Shown here: positions 1 to 14,200 of the stretch, one piece after another
Layout: each line of letters starts with the position of its first letter
Numbering within the stretch: position 1 is the first letter of the stretch
Assembly: GCA_965285935.1 (NCBI GenBank)
Contig: OZ260664.1
Location: 80,662,001 to 80,726,000, forward strand
Length of the DNA stretch: 64,000 bases
From: Ophelia neglecta
Lineage: Eukaryota
Direction of reading: 5' to 3'
Translations under genes and position numbers: made by a program
Notes under the pieces: model-generated
What the model was told of the DNA's origin: nothing
Databases searched by the model: none
The model's input: the letters and a program-made list of their open reading frames with translations, nothing else

Positions 1-2248
1 AAAGTCGGAGACAGAGTGAGCATTAGCGGTATTAAGTGTGGTGTTCTGCATTTCGTTGGAAAAACCAAGTTTGCTGAGGGTGACTGGTGTGGGATCGAGT
101 TAGACGATCCAGAAGGCAAACACGGTGGAGTAGTTGATGGGGTGGAGTATTTCTCCTGTGGCCCTCTCCATGGTATTTTCGCACCCTTGTGTAAAGTGGT
201 GGCTATAAGTGATGTAAAGGGCAGTGTAGCTTCCTCTGTGTCACCAGCCAGCAGCTGTAATAGTGCCCAGGAACAACGTAGCCCATCTCCAGGCAAGTCA
301 CACAGACTGCCTCAACTTAAAGCCAGGGCTAGGAGTGCATCACCCCAGGCCTCAGAGGACAGCGGAGACACTTCAGGGGGTGATAGAAAGAGTTTATCAC
401 CACCTACAAAGAAGCCTTCCAAACTTAGCAGACCCAAGGCAGCAATAGTTGGAAAGTCAAATTCAGGCGCAGCCTTTAGTCCTTTTCAAGAAGAATCAAA
501 TGTGTGTTCAGATTCTCCCCAAGACAGGTCATTGCCAACTTCAAGGGATAACACCAAGTTGGAGGCATCTAAGTCAAAGTTAGCAAAGCTATCAAGTCAG
601 GGAAGGTCTTTACCTCAAAGGCCAGGGACAAGAAGCTCCCAGGACAGTAATAATAACCAGCCTGCAAGTGCCATACCCCAATCTGGGATTGCCAAACCCA
701 AGTCGCAACTTAAACAACCTCAGTATGGCAAAGCTCAGGTGAAGAATACAGACTTGGGCAAAACCTTTACCATTAAATCAAAAGCACACAGCCAAGATGA
801 AGAGGACTCGGTCCCTGATATAGTGTCACCATGTCGAGTAGACCCACACACTGCCTTGACCTTGGCTTATGACCTCGAGGGAAGTGGGTCAGATTCTGAG
901 TTTGGTAAACAGTTGAGTTCTGTTCCCACTAGGGGGAATTATGAATCCCAACATCCTCTTCCTGATCTCGTGTCACCTTCAACTCGGATAGCGAAAACTC
1001 TCTCCTCCGATGATGATTTTCTCTTTGATGACACGCCAGATGCTCTGTTTACTTCTCAGATAAGCACTGTCTCCAGTATTGGCATCCTCACTGAAGAGGA
1101 ATTGGCACAAAATAGTCTTTTGCCTGATGAAGAATTTCTTACCGGTGAAATGGAATATGATTATTCCGGCATTGAAGTTCTTGTACCAGAAGGCAGAGAC
1201 CTGGATAAAACGTTTGAAGCCAATGGCAATCAGACAGTAACAGGAGATGACACTCCTCTCAAGGAGGGAGATAGGTCAATGACAGAGTCAAGTGAGATGT
1301 CGGACTCTAATGATACAATGGAGAAAGAGATTGACAATGAGATTTCTGGTATATCTACCCCGGATGTTGACTTCCCCTCCTCAGCTAGTAAAGAAGGATC
1401 CAGCCCAGAGCCAGACCATGACCAAGGAGAGCCTGATCTTGCTTACCAGGATGCCTTGACTAAAAAGAAAAAATTTAACTCACCTAGCAAGGAAGACGGG
1501 ACTGCCGGAGAAAAGATGGCATCTCCTGTCAAGGAAAATGGCAATGGCTTTAAGCAAAAACAGAATAGCTTTGATTCAGAGAATGATAATACAGAGCTTG
1601 TGTGTGTAACAGGAGAAACGGCTTCCGACACTGTTGTAGTCATGAGAGAGAAGAAGGTAAATCCTGTTTCCACAGACTCTGAAACTTCTCCTGAGGATTT
1701 TCCAAAACGCATGAGAACAAGTGCTGACTTCGACGATGTGGACACAGCGAGTATGACCGCTTCTTTTGAACTGGCAAAAACTGCCGTGTCACAATATGCA
1801 CAACTAGTCAAGGCAGCGGAGGAGGAGAAAAGAAAGTCAATGGAAAAAGATGTAAAGAGAGCTTCTCAAAATCTAGAGGATGTTTTAGAGCAGAGCGATG
1901 AGGGAAGTGAGAGTGATGCCACTGATACTGTTACTACTATTGACAGAAAGCGGTATTCCTATGGCTCAGAGGACACATTGGACACCGGAGATTTTGGATC
2001 ACAGGCAGTTAGTCCAGATGGTACTTGTCCCACTGAACCAATGGATACTGTATCCCAAAGTGAACTTGATGAAGAGACTGATCAGCTAATAGCGGATCTG
2101 CAAGCTGGCCACCAGCGCAGCGAGAGACCTGTATCTATGATCTCTACAGGTAGCGCTGACACTGGAATAGTGGCTGACTTCTCTCATACCGCTGGGTCTA
2201 GGAAGGAAAGGCCTGTGTCCTTGATCTCAACGTCTAGTGTGGATACAG
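1..2248 (+). CDS. MTUS1: MTUS-like gene large exon (5' end upstream of window): CAP-Gly domain (~1-195) then S/P/K-rich and acidic disordered region
   Basis: Frame 1 open from base 1: KVGDRVSISGIKCGVLHFVGKTKFAEGDWCGIELDDPEGKHGGVVDGVEYFSC...HGIFAP is a CAP-Gly signature; donor CAG|GTAGGA at 2248/2249, phase 1. Confidence 0.9.
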
Positions 2249-5200
2249 GTAGGAAAGTCAATGATGCTCTACTTGAAATACATAATGTTTATTGATTAAA
2301 GTACTGGTGTTGCATGTAAAAGCACTGTTCATGTTGAAATATGTCATTTTTCAAGCAGTGAAGTGAACAGTGTCAATAATAAATTCTTAAAAGCCTTCTT
2401 GTTTTCTAGAATAAAGCTCCATTATGTTCTTTTGACTTTTCCGTGATTTACAATTACTAGTATATACTCAAGCCTTCAATTGAATCTTAAAGGGGAAGAT
2501 TGATTTTACAATGTTTTTCTTAACAGTCTCCTTTAATTCTGTGTGTTGGACAATGTTAGCTGTTGATTTCAGAATGATTAGTTTGCTATCTTGTCACCTA
2601 ACAATAAACCACCCAGAGTACTCACAATGCTTACTTAACAAACTGCAGCTACTAAAAGCCATCAGTTTATTGATTGTATATTCATCATCCTGAGGAGGAA
2701 CTCCATGGGATTTGGTGTCCCACTCATTCTCTGGCTCAGTGAAGATTTCATCTGGCAGAAGTGAGCCATAGGAAAATTGACTGAGCCAATGGCTTTCCTA
2801 TGTATTGATCAATATTTTATTTCACAAAGAATACCTACTGTACATGTACATGCATACTTCAAAAGGGCACGACATTCCCTTCATTTGCCCCTCCATTGAA
2901 TCTATTATTTACATCAGCAGACAGTGCCACAAGAGATCAGCGTTTTTCGGTAGCAACAGACATCATATCATCACTATGGTAAATGGTCATAAAATGGCTG
3001 ACGCTGAATTCCTCATAACTGTGGCAGCACTCAATACAGAGTCATTCTTCTACAAGATGGTTCAGGTCATGCACGCTCAAGCAGACTGATCATGCCAAGT
3101 CTCTGCCACCATTGGAAGGCCCTTACAGCAGGTGCAGGCAACAAGTCGACAAGGCCCCATCCTCAGTTTAATTACTCTATACAACTTAAAGTAAAATGTC
3201 TTGCTGTTTTATATTGGATGCTGAAAATTGAGAAAATTGAGCCACTTAGAAGCCTTCTGCCTAATGGTTAGAGCGCAACACCATTTAGCAATGTTTTGAG
3301 TGAGCAAGTAAATTGAGGATTCTTTTGATTCCATATTCAGAGTAGCCATGGAAAAAATGTCGGACTGATCACTATATATATTGAGCTATTGCTAGAGCTG
3401 TGAAATGAGAGGCACTTGAGCATCTTTTCCCATTGTACCAAAATTGGCAAATCTAACTTGGACCATGCAAGCTGGCTCTTCTGATAATTGTCTTGTCTAA
3501 ATGCTGTACATGCTTTCAGCAGAGAGCTGGACGAATATTGCTTGTATTGACTAGGTGTGAGTGGCATGCCAATTGACATCCCTCAGGGAATGAAGCAAGC
3601 TCTTGGCTAACATCTTTTGTACAGATTTCATTTGTCCACCCAGCTTGGCTTGGACCATTGGTGCTTGCCTGTAATCTTGTTGTCTAGTAGCAAAATGGCC
3701 AGATATATTCTTATGTTGGTTGCCAATCTTGATCACAGATATTGGATACAACCAGGTAAACTATAGTCCAGTTGTCCCCCCCCCCCACCCGGGCTGAAGG
3801 CGACGAGCAGGAAAATTTATGGGACATGCCCAGAGCATATTTTACTGTGTGTAGCAACAAGACCAACACAGCTCCAAGCCAAGCTGGTAAACTGAGGCAA
3901 TTAATGCCAAGTGACCTCAACTCATAGGGGTCCATTGCTTTTGGTGGACAGCAATGGCCTTATTCAATGTAAAGGTTATTAAAACTGCTATGGTGGTGTG
4001 TTTACATGGTTGTCCCCATATCTCTATTGCTGCATCCAATGCTCTTTGATCTCTGTAGGTGAGGCCTGTTGGAGCAGTCAGGATTGATTTAGTTTACCAG
4101 CAGGACAAGCTATGGTCAGCCTGTGAGTCTGTGATGATAAAGTGGCAGGGAGAAATCAGTGGCCCGCTGTCGCTGGGTGACATGCCGTCTTGAGCTGCTC
4201 TGCCTTCCTGCTCAGGATGTCTTATGACCAACAGAGCGCCTTATTGCCATTCCACTCTAGTCCAGCCTAAGAAGTAGTCCTATTTGGTTACCATTCGGCA
4301 TTGATTTCTTGGACACTAGTGAAGATATTGTATTGCTGGCCTGACTGTTGTGAATAACATTTGGGATAACATTGGTAGTGACCCATACGAACATGGACAT
4401 TTATGGATTTTCATGATTTAGGAATATTATACTTAACTGTCAATAGGTAATTTTATTTATGCTGGAATAATAGCAGTGTGAATGTTTTCTTTATATCCTG
4501 GTGATTATACAAAGGAAGACTGTTTCTAAATAGCATATCTAGGGCACACTGTTTAGAGTCTAAGCATGTTTTCATGTGATGTTTATAGTATTGCTCAGTG
4601 TTGTTATTTGGTCATATAAGATTCATATTTTATGACCTGACATCCACCAAAATGCCAGAACAGTCAAATGAGGCTTTTTAGGTGATCCAAGTTGAACACA
4701 GGGTAATTTATTGAAGGTGCAGAATAGGAATGTGCTGTTGCATTTACTAGCACAGATGTTAGGCAGGAGAAAGCACTGGTTGCACTCAGCCACTTTCTGC
4801 ATTTCACAATAAATGCTTTCATCGGGAGCCAGGAGTTACCCAGTATATTATTTAGCACTCCCAAGAGCCTTGGCCACATCAGTTGCATGCTTCAGATACC
4901 CACTGTTGGACATGGAATTCCACATGGCTTCCGTAATCCTAAATTCTCTCGAGAGGCAATAAAAAACAGAATTCCTTGGAAAACTCAATAAGTGATTTCA
5001 TTCCAAGCAGTTTTTTATGATGTTTTATAGGTTCAGACTTCAGTTTTGAAGATTGTGCCAGCTTTGGGAGTTCTGGCTACATTCATTTGTTTGCCAGTGT
5101 TAATTTTAATATTTTCTAATGAATATGTATCTTGGATAGTTTACTTTTGGTAACTACTAATAATGCTCAAATCATGTGGCTGTTAACATTATACACGTAT

Positions 5201-8200
5201 GCGTGATCAATAACTGGTGTTTATCATGTGAGAATGCCATTTATAGAAGCTTTTAATTATTGACCCTTAAACCCCAGCTGTGCATTTCAAGCAATTGAAC
5301 TGAATTGACACATTCTGAGAGATTTGATCAATACTACATATTATCATGTATATGTACATATATGTGAAATATGTAATCACAGAGACTGTTTTATTTTATT
5401 TATGGGAATATCCTTCCCATACTCTTTGTACAAGAGATGAATGTTGTATGTGTTATGGCTCTCAGGCAATACTCACTTATGTTTTGCAGATTGTTCACTT
5501 ACATGTGTGTTCCTTTGCTCAACCCATCTAATAAAATGTACAGTACAGTTCATTAGAAATGACCCTAGATTAAGGCCATTATCAACTAGTTTTAAATTTT
5601 TAATAATTGTTTGAATTATTTATATATAACAGGCAAAAAGAAGGTGAGGCAAGGCATTTGGTACGATGTTGCCTTTATAGTCATAATTGTTTTCCCAGCT
5701 TAGAAATGCTTTTGTGGTATGACTAGATTGTCCAGGAAAATTAAGCCAGAAAAATAAATGTATATCTACTACCTCAATACCAGTGTCCAAGATGAAAAGT
5801 CCAATTTCTCAGTACTAACTGCAGGTTTTTGAGTACACAGCTCCGTTCTCTTCGCCTGTAGCAGTGATGTGGAGAAGCTATGCGATAAGCATTAGCCTCT
5901 GCTGCAAAGGATACAGGTTTTGATCAAGGGAAGGTGAACAACCTGTCACACAAGAGGTGACTGGCGGTTACTGCTTACTACATGTACTTAATCTACTAAG
6001 GAATTCTGATAGAAATTATATTTCAAGGTATTTTAGTTTTCAGAACTTCTCGAGATACAGTAATAGTGTCTGGTTGCTCAGTGACTTTAAATAGCCACTG
6101 TAGGGTGGATACGCACAAAGCCCGTACTATTATCTAGTGATTTTTTATGGATAAATAATGAAATACTATAAGTCTTTGATTTTGCAGAAGGAATATTAAG
6201 CACACTATTCAATTATTTTCTTGGTGGGGAATTTCACAATTTTAAACCCATAAGGCATGTTTAGATACAAGTACAATTTATATCTGTGAGATAAATTGGG
6301 CAAGTTTTATTGTTTTGTGATCTGGCAGGAGATTAATTCTTTTCATGGTAGATTAATTTAAGGAAATTAAACATGTAAATAATCATTCGCAATTTCTCAA
6401 TGTATGTATCAGAACAATTTCCATGACTAATAACCCCGGTTAAAAAACTCAATCCAGGACTGCCGCTATAAGTTGATAACTCTGCTTCTCCCCGATCAGA
6501 TTGAAAACATTGCCGGCTTCAGTGGTAGATAGGGTACATTTTTTAGTCCAGTACTAGACTAAGCTCATAATTGAGTTGAAAATTATGTAACTAGTTGGGT
6601 GTAATTATTTTTTTTGGGGGGGGGGGATAGGAACACATTTGGCAGAACTAAACTACAAAACTCTTGAAAATGGTACACATGATTATTTCGATAAAGAGGA
6701 GATGTATTGGCTGGAATTTTAGAAATAAGCTTGAAATAAGATTTTTGTTTGCTGCGCGATTTTCGGATTCTGCGCAGTGGAGCAGACGGCATAATATTGC
6801 GGTCTTTATCTGAAAAAGGCCCTATGTAATGTTCATCAGCATGGGCTATGCTGATGAGGTTCTGGAGACAAGATCCATTTACGTATTTTAACTTGTCAAT
6901 TATAGACCCAAATGCCAATATATAATTTGCAGTTAGCTGGCATATTAAGGTAAATAATTCTGCCTTATTTTCGATAAAAAGTTAATTAAGGGAAAGATAA
7001 GTGTTTTAATGCATGGGGCTATTAAATTGGCCAGTTGAACCATCAAAAACTTTGAATTTCTGGTTATGCATGTAAATCCTGGAAAAGAAATACATACCCT
7101 TTTAAGACGAAGTCAAAATCAGAAACTTTACTTGCTTACTCAAGTTCTAAATAACACACCCACCATTCTCATGTAATTGCCCCCCCCCCACGCCCCCCCA
7201 TGCTCTGTTTTGGCAGCATGCATTTGTAAACTTTGCACATCACCTAATTACCTGACTAATCATTATATTGAAAGACATCCTAGTACTTGACTTGTGTTTT
7301 AAGTTTATTGTGCTGTCATTATGATAAGAATAGAGTGTGTCTTAGACTAAAACCATCATTCTATGTTTGCTGTTGTTTTTTAACCCTCTTGCACATCACC
7401 CAGAAATGACACAAACAAGCCCACTTGATTTCTTATAATAAATAGAAACTAGATAAGATCACCTTCAAATCATTCATATATATGTTCGCGGATTCACTTC
7501 TCCCAACCTATGTAGTGGCTATAGCTTTATGGTTTCTCCCGACAGGCTACGTGCCGGACACAGACTCGGAGATAGGCACGCTGACCACTAACTCTCCCCT
7601 GGATGTGACCTCACCGCCAGGGCTGAGGTCATCTCCCTCCCCACCCCGGGATCACTTCCGGCTGGATACCACTACTAACATCTCTCACAGCTCTCACAGG
7701 CAAACTTCAGGTGGGTGTTGGTCTCTCGTCTTTTGCATGCTAGCTTCTCAGCCTATTCTCTTCTCTGAACTATTCTCTGCTCTTTTCATCCTCGAACCAT
7801 CCAACATTTACTGTAAGTGTATGTGTAGATCTATATGTGAACTTCTGTGTTTGTTATTATAGAAATTAGTTGTTTCTTGTTATAGAAATTGCCTCTTTCT
7901 GTAGTTCTACTTGTTCTATGCTAAGTATTGTGATGAAAGAAAAATCTTTTATTTAATAAAAAGATATACTTGTATATCTAGATATTCATAAGTGCTTGTG
8001 CAAAAACCTGCATGGTCTGGGAATATAATTGTTCACAATATTTTTAATTCCCAATAGTTTATGGTTTCAGAAATCCTTGATCAAGTGGGGAAATGTGTAC
8101 TTGTTTCTGATTTCATGTTCTATTTGTTATAACTGATGAATGTATTAACTAAAGAACATATCATGAAATTTAAAGTGGAACCTATGAGCCAAATGTCTTG

Positions 8201-11200
8201 TCCCATTTAACTACAAAAACTGAACAATATAAATTGGAACCTGTGTAATAAGATCACCTGTCTACTAAGGTCACTAATTAACACCCCGATCCCCATTTAT
8301 GTATGTGTTAACTGACCTGCCTATTAAGGTCATCTACATAACATGGTCAGTTTTTTCTAGTCCCTTGACTGACCTGATTAGACAGGTTTCACTGTTTGTA
8401 ATATTCATGTCCTGCCGACAATAAATTATCAAATTATAATTCTGTCTGCCTCTCAGACAGTTTGAAATGAATAGAATATCAACTGTTTAAGCTTGTTTAC
8501 ATCATTTTCAATATGAAAATATATCTACATGTGTGGAATTGCTGTTCTTGAAAATATTACATTTTGCTGTTTTTCTTGTTGGTTGAGGGCTGATGGGATG
8601 CAGGAGTTGCCTCATGTGGCTGACATTCTTTGGTAATCTCCTCGGCAGATTGCAGATCGTTCCTAACCTAATTTAACTCTCTCCAGATTTACCTTCTTGG
8701 CAATGTCTGACATTGCAAACTCAAGCAAATTCTGAGGTTATTTGCCTTCCTCCATAGAATGTCAGCTTGTGACGCAAATCATTACCAAAAAGTTTAAAAT
8801 CTTGCTTCTATACATGTAGGTAGCAATAAAATATGGCAGATAACAGTTTTACTGGGCTTTTTTGCCTTCCTCCAATAATCAACCATGATATTCATTGCTA
8901 AAGAGATGGAGTGATTATGACAGCTCAACTGTTATCATCAAGGTCTATAGCAATCAACTGAAGGAACTTTTTCGGTATTCCGCCCTGCGCCTTGAACTAC
9001 ATGTACATGTATACAGTTAACAAATGAGTGCAGAAGCAATGGCTTGTGAGATATTTAGGATTAAGACACATTCTTGTAAATGAGACTGGCAGCTCCCTGC
9101 TTAGCTCAATCTATTGTGTTATAAATGTCATCCAAGTTGAGTCCCTTATACTGATACACATAACAGCCATTTTTCTGTCTAGAGATGGTTTGAGAGAATA
9201 AGCAGCCTTAGATTTTTTGTGAATGTTGCCTCAGCTAGGTTGGAAAAACCTAAGAAAACACCAAGTAATATATTTAAAGGAACCATCTCTAAGAAAGTCT
9301 TGGTGTAAAGAAATCTGTGCAGAAGTTAATCCTTGCCCAGATAGTCAAATTAATCTGGACTTATTTTTGTCCCTGTGTTATCAGCCGTAAAGTGCCTTGA
9401 GACCCTGTGTAAACAGTTCATAGAAATCAGAAGTCAAATCACTGTCTTGGTGGGTGGCAAGCCAAACAGCTAGGAGCTTAAATTAATTGTCATCTCCTTC
9501 CTTGAAGATTGGAGAAAGTACATACATTTATAGTTATAGCTATTATTACAGTCCCTGTGGTTCTATTCAGATTAATTCTCTGGTGTTTTTTACTTTTTGG
9601 GCTGTGATAGGAATCTTTTAATATATACATGTATGATAAAGGAAAACATCTGGAGTTTGCCATAGGTATACAGGTGGTATTATTGCTAATGTGAAGTTGT
9701 GTTTTGTGGCAGCTGTAATAATTGATTGATTTTACCAAGATGTTCCAGTGTATGTTGTGACATATTAAGCTTATGTGATCATTTTGTCAGAGCCAATAGT
9801 CTGTGTCGCCTTAACCTCAGGCCACAACAGCTAGCTAGACCTTGTACTTGTCACTTGATTACAGATACATATACAGCATGTTCAATGATTAATGTAAATA
9901 TGATGCTAGGCAAACAAGTACATGTCTTGTCAACACTCTCAGTAGTACCTGGGCGTAATTCAGTAGTACCTGGGCCGAACTGTATATATTTTTCTGTGGA
10001 AAGAAAACAAATAGTCAACCTTTTTTTGAGTATGTTATGGCAGTTCTAAGGAGATTAATGTAGACCTAGGGGAATATATTGATTGGGCATATCTCTCTAA
10101 AGCACACTTTATCCAATTATTGAATAAAACTTGAGGACTTCATGTGATCTGTTCAAATATCTGCCTCAATACATTTTGTAAGTCTGTATCTAACAAATTG
10201 ATTAAAAAACCAGTGAAGTGCCTATGTTGGAATATTATCCTGCTGCATTTATGTATTGTCATATTCAGATCAGACTTTGGATAGTTTTTATTGAAATCCA
10301 GTGGATTGAAATCATATCAGTTGTTCAGGAAGCCATAATTGGATTCATTCTGCCAGAGACTTTGGAGAAGGAATATTGGCCAGGCAAATTTTTGCCCAAT
10401 GTAACATTGCTAGCATATTGATTGGCGCTGTTTAGTTTTTATAGACTTTCTTATCTAATGAGGTGAAGGCTGTTCAGCAGTTATACAGAATAATGACACT
10501 AGAGCCTTAAACTTAACAAGGCAATAACATGTTATAGGGGGACACTTGAGGCCCAGCCATGACCATCAAGATTATATCTCTCATTTGATAAATATCTCCC
10601 TCTCTAGCTTAATATTATGTACCTAATTGACCCCTTTAAGTAATGCTTTGACCCTCAGTAATATGATTTACATAACATTGCCCCACAATTGATAAATTAC
10701 ATGTATATATGACTGTACTTCATCCCAAGAACACTACACTTTAGAAGGACATTTTTAGGAATAATTACTCTACATCTTTTCATCTGTCCCTGACAGATAT
10801 TGAACTTCCAACTATCTGGGTGGAAAAAAATGAGGAATCTATATTTGATTCTGTCGTTCTCTGTGTTTTCTGCGCCCCAGGGTATCGTTGCCATAGCAGG
10901 GGACACCTTTTGTTTTGGCTGTAACTTGGAGAACTTTATCATAGGGTTAGGGTGTCAGTAACCATCTTTCTCACAGTCATATTGTGTATCTAGGTCTGGG
11001 GAAAGTGTATGGTACAAGATTGAAGACTGCCGCCTCATGTCTAGAAATGAAGATGTCAAAGATTGTTAGTATGATATTGTAAAAAGTATCATAACTGCTA
11101 TGGGTAAAGTGACGGGGAGGAAGTGATATAGCCACAGTATCAAATTATTACAATTTTATGACAATTTTTTGACAGTCAGAATATCTTGAGTTCCCATAGA

Positions 11201-14200
11201 AAAAACTAAACAAGAAAGCACCTTTTTAAGTCAAATGTGATGCCATTATTTGAGTAAGAGGGCTTTCAAACTGCATTGAGACTGTGCAAGAAAAGACTCC
11301 TTGCAATTTCCACTGTACCATACTCACTGACCTTAACCCACTTTTCAAAGATACATACCTCCCTTAAAACGTCTGCTAGTTCAGATTGTAGTTGATTTTC
11401 AAGTCTTTTTGGAAGAAAAAATGGATTACGTAGGATATTTTTGGAAGTGCTTGTACCTTCTTGATTTTAGCAGTTGGTCATTTATAATGTATTTGGAAAT
11501 AGTACACTGTATTTGTGATGGTTTTGTGAGATAAGAACTTGAAGTCAACCAATCTGATGGACATTTTAATTTCCTATCTGTTTAGATAGTTGAAGGCATG
11601 CATTTGTAAATACCTTGTTTACTGACTTTTTCATATTTTAACTATTTAATTAAACTAGCAAAGCTGTTTATGGGAATTCAAATAGACAGTCAGCCTTCAG
11701 TTTCTGTGAGTGGCCAGAGCTATAAACATTGATGTGTTATTGATGAGATTTCTGCTGGAAGTCTGCATGATAAATGAAGATGGATGACCACCAACAGCTT
11801 ACTTTTAATAACTCTCAACCATAGTCAATTTATCTTACCAATATTTACATCACAAGATAAGTATGATTCTTGTGGGTGAAACATGAGTAGAACGGGTACA
11901 GCCTTTATGATCATACTGTTGTACAAATGATGCCAATTTTCATAATAGGTCAAACATAATTATCATTTTTAAAAACGTCTTTGGTTTCTATTTTAATAAA
12001 GATTTCCAATAATATATACTTATAGGATTGAATTCAATAGCATATTCCTTTTTGACAACAAATATTGTTATAGGATTTTTATAATCACATGGATAAGAAA
12101 GGGTGGCTGGTTTAAACAATTGTAGGCAGGTTTACACTGAGTGTCTGAGTCATTGTTTCCACATGAGCAATATATTTAATGTATTTCTACTGGTAGAGTG
12201 AGAAACAGTTGTTTGGAGCAGTTTCCATTCAGTAAGATTTATATTAAGCTACAAGGGTTCTCTCTAGAACATGCCGTGCACAAAAGACATATTAATCATA
12301 AGCTGTATACAACATTGTGAAATGTCATGTTTTGAAAAAGTGTCTGCCTATTTCTGGAATTTGTTCATTTTTTCATTCTTTGATACTCAATATATTTTAG
12401 GTTCTGCAAGGAAATATAGTGGAGGTCTCAATTTAAATACTTAGCTTGCATCTAAATTGGCTGATTTGTTGTAAAGTACAGTTGTTTTCTCATTCCACCT
12501 CTGTGATGAGAATGGTTTCTTGGCGACCTGGAGGGAGTGAATCTTAAAATGCAGATAGCGGAGTGGGGGTTAATTGGTACCCAGTGTTCAGGATCACATC
12601 CTGTCTACTGTGTGGACCCAGAAAACCAATTTTCTGTCTGTTTCCTAGAGGTTTGTTCAGATAAAAATGTGAATCATGAAGTGACACGTCATTGGTCATG
12701 GCTCTGGATGTCCTCATTGATCTCACAAATCCAAGTCATTTGTTTTCAAGGACAGTGCTGGTGGCCTGGTGGCTTACTGGTTCTTCACCATTTGATCCAC
12801 ACGGTCCAATTTCATCGTTGCCTTCCTATTGGATGCATAGTACTGCCATTCTTCCTCTTGCCTAGTGGAATTAGAACTGTAATATGTCAAGTTAAAGTAA
12901 TTAAACCAGGATATTTTTTATTAATTCATAATGATTTAAATGAGAATATCCTTGCATTTCAGTTTTCTCCTAGTGATATCTGTCCACTAGTATTATAGGC
13001 ATTTGAAAAAAAAACCTTCCAATAATTAGAATAGATCACTCTTTTTCATGAAACATTATTGTCCTATTATCCAAAATGAGCCTTCTAGGGATCCCTGCAA
13101 ATTATTTTAGTGAAATAAGTCATGCAGTGCCTATAGATCAGGGTAACTCATCTTGGTAAACCTACTTCCATAACCTCTTTTATCTCCAACACCTTGTTTT
13201 GGGTGAATATACGTGACGAGCTGCCAGGTTATTGGGGAAGAAAATAGATAAATCTTCGTAGGAACTGCTTGGCTGCCAGATAAGCCGGCTCCCAGCCACT
13301 CCCAGCATTTTGGGGTTTATAGTTGAACACAACAATTGTTCTGCTGAGGTCTAGCAAATCTTGGGGCTTTGCCATGACTCATACAATGGGTACAGGTATG
13401 AAGTTAGATGAAAAATGGAAGCAAAACTACAGCTCCCTATCACAAGGGAAAGTGGTTTTCTGAGGAAAAAACTAAAGCTCATGTCTAATGCTTAAATCTA
13501 GGCATTGTGTGCTACAAGCTTCTTCAATCTTAGTCTTTCTTGTCATATGCATAATGCATGTGGCTAAATCTATTTTGTGCCAGGCTAAATCTATTCTGCT
13601 GTGGCCTGAATTGTTATTCTAATGAGCTGTACTGGGAAGAAAAGGCGAGGAGCAATTGTATGCAATTTTACATGAACTCTCCACTGCCTCCAGTATGCAG
13701 TGGACGAGGGCTGACAGTGGATGAGGGCCGACTGTGGCTGAGGGCAGACAGGCTGACTCACCAATGAGTAACCTGTTGCTTGATGAGGGAGCCATCCATG
13801 ATAAGGTCAAGATAATCTGTTGCTATGACATCTTTCCATGCCTTCTCTACACTGACAAGCTTTACTGCTGTGTAAATATATTCAGTCCTCACTTGCTTTT
13901 ATGAGGCTATGTGTTGTGGAGGTTTGGAGAGATATATTATCAGATCAGGTTGTATTGCACAAATCACAAACATTTTTTATTTAATAGATCAGTTGATTTC
14001 TGAGAAGAAATATCGTTCAAAAATAATACAAACCGGTACAGTATTACATACTCCTGCATGGGAAATGTAAAGCATGATTTGTGGTATTGAATGATATCAT
14101 GATATTCAATAAAGTGTTTATTGGCTGCAATAAATCATTCAGATAACTTGGTTAATATTGCTGTCATTGTTTAATGTATCAATGCATGTGGTAGATTCAT

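Noticed and set aside
1-2295. Calling the gene CLIP1/CLIP-170, dynactin p150 or CEP350, or treating ORF 16-2295 as a complete gene
   Set aside because: The frame is open from base 1 (the track's M is GTG), it splices at 2248, and the downstream coiled coil is MTUS-type without zinc knuckles
3713-3755. Short ATG-to-phase-1-donor segment (MLVANLDHRYWIQP); a similar one lies at 13374-13395
   Set aside because: No supporting homology or promoter signal; recorded as a measure of how easily short phase-compatible leaders arise by chance
5840-5980. tRNA gene or tRNA-derived SINE head (weak A/B-box-like motifs)
   Set aside because: No cloverleaf, degenerate B box, and no second copy in the window; cannot be supported without a repeat library
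12537-12998. 153-aa plus-strand ORF as an extra MTUS exon
   Set aside because: GTG start, no convincing acceptor/donor pair, and composition unlike neighbouring exons
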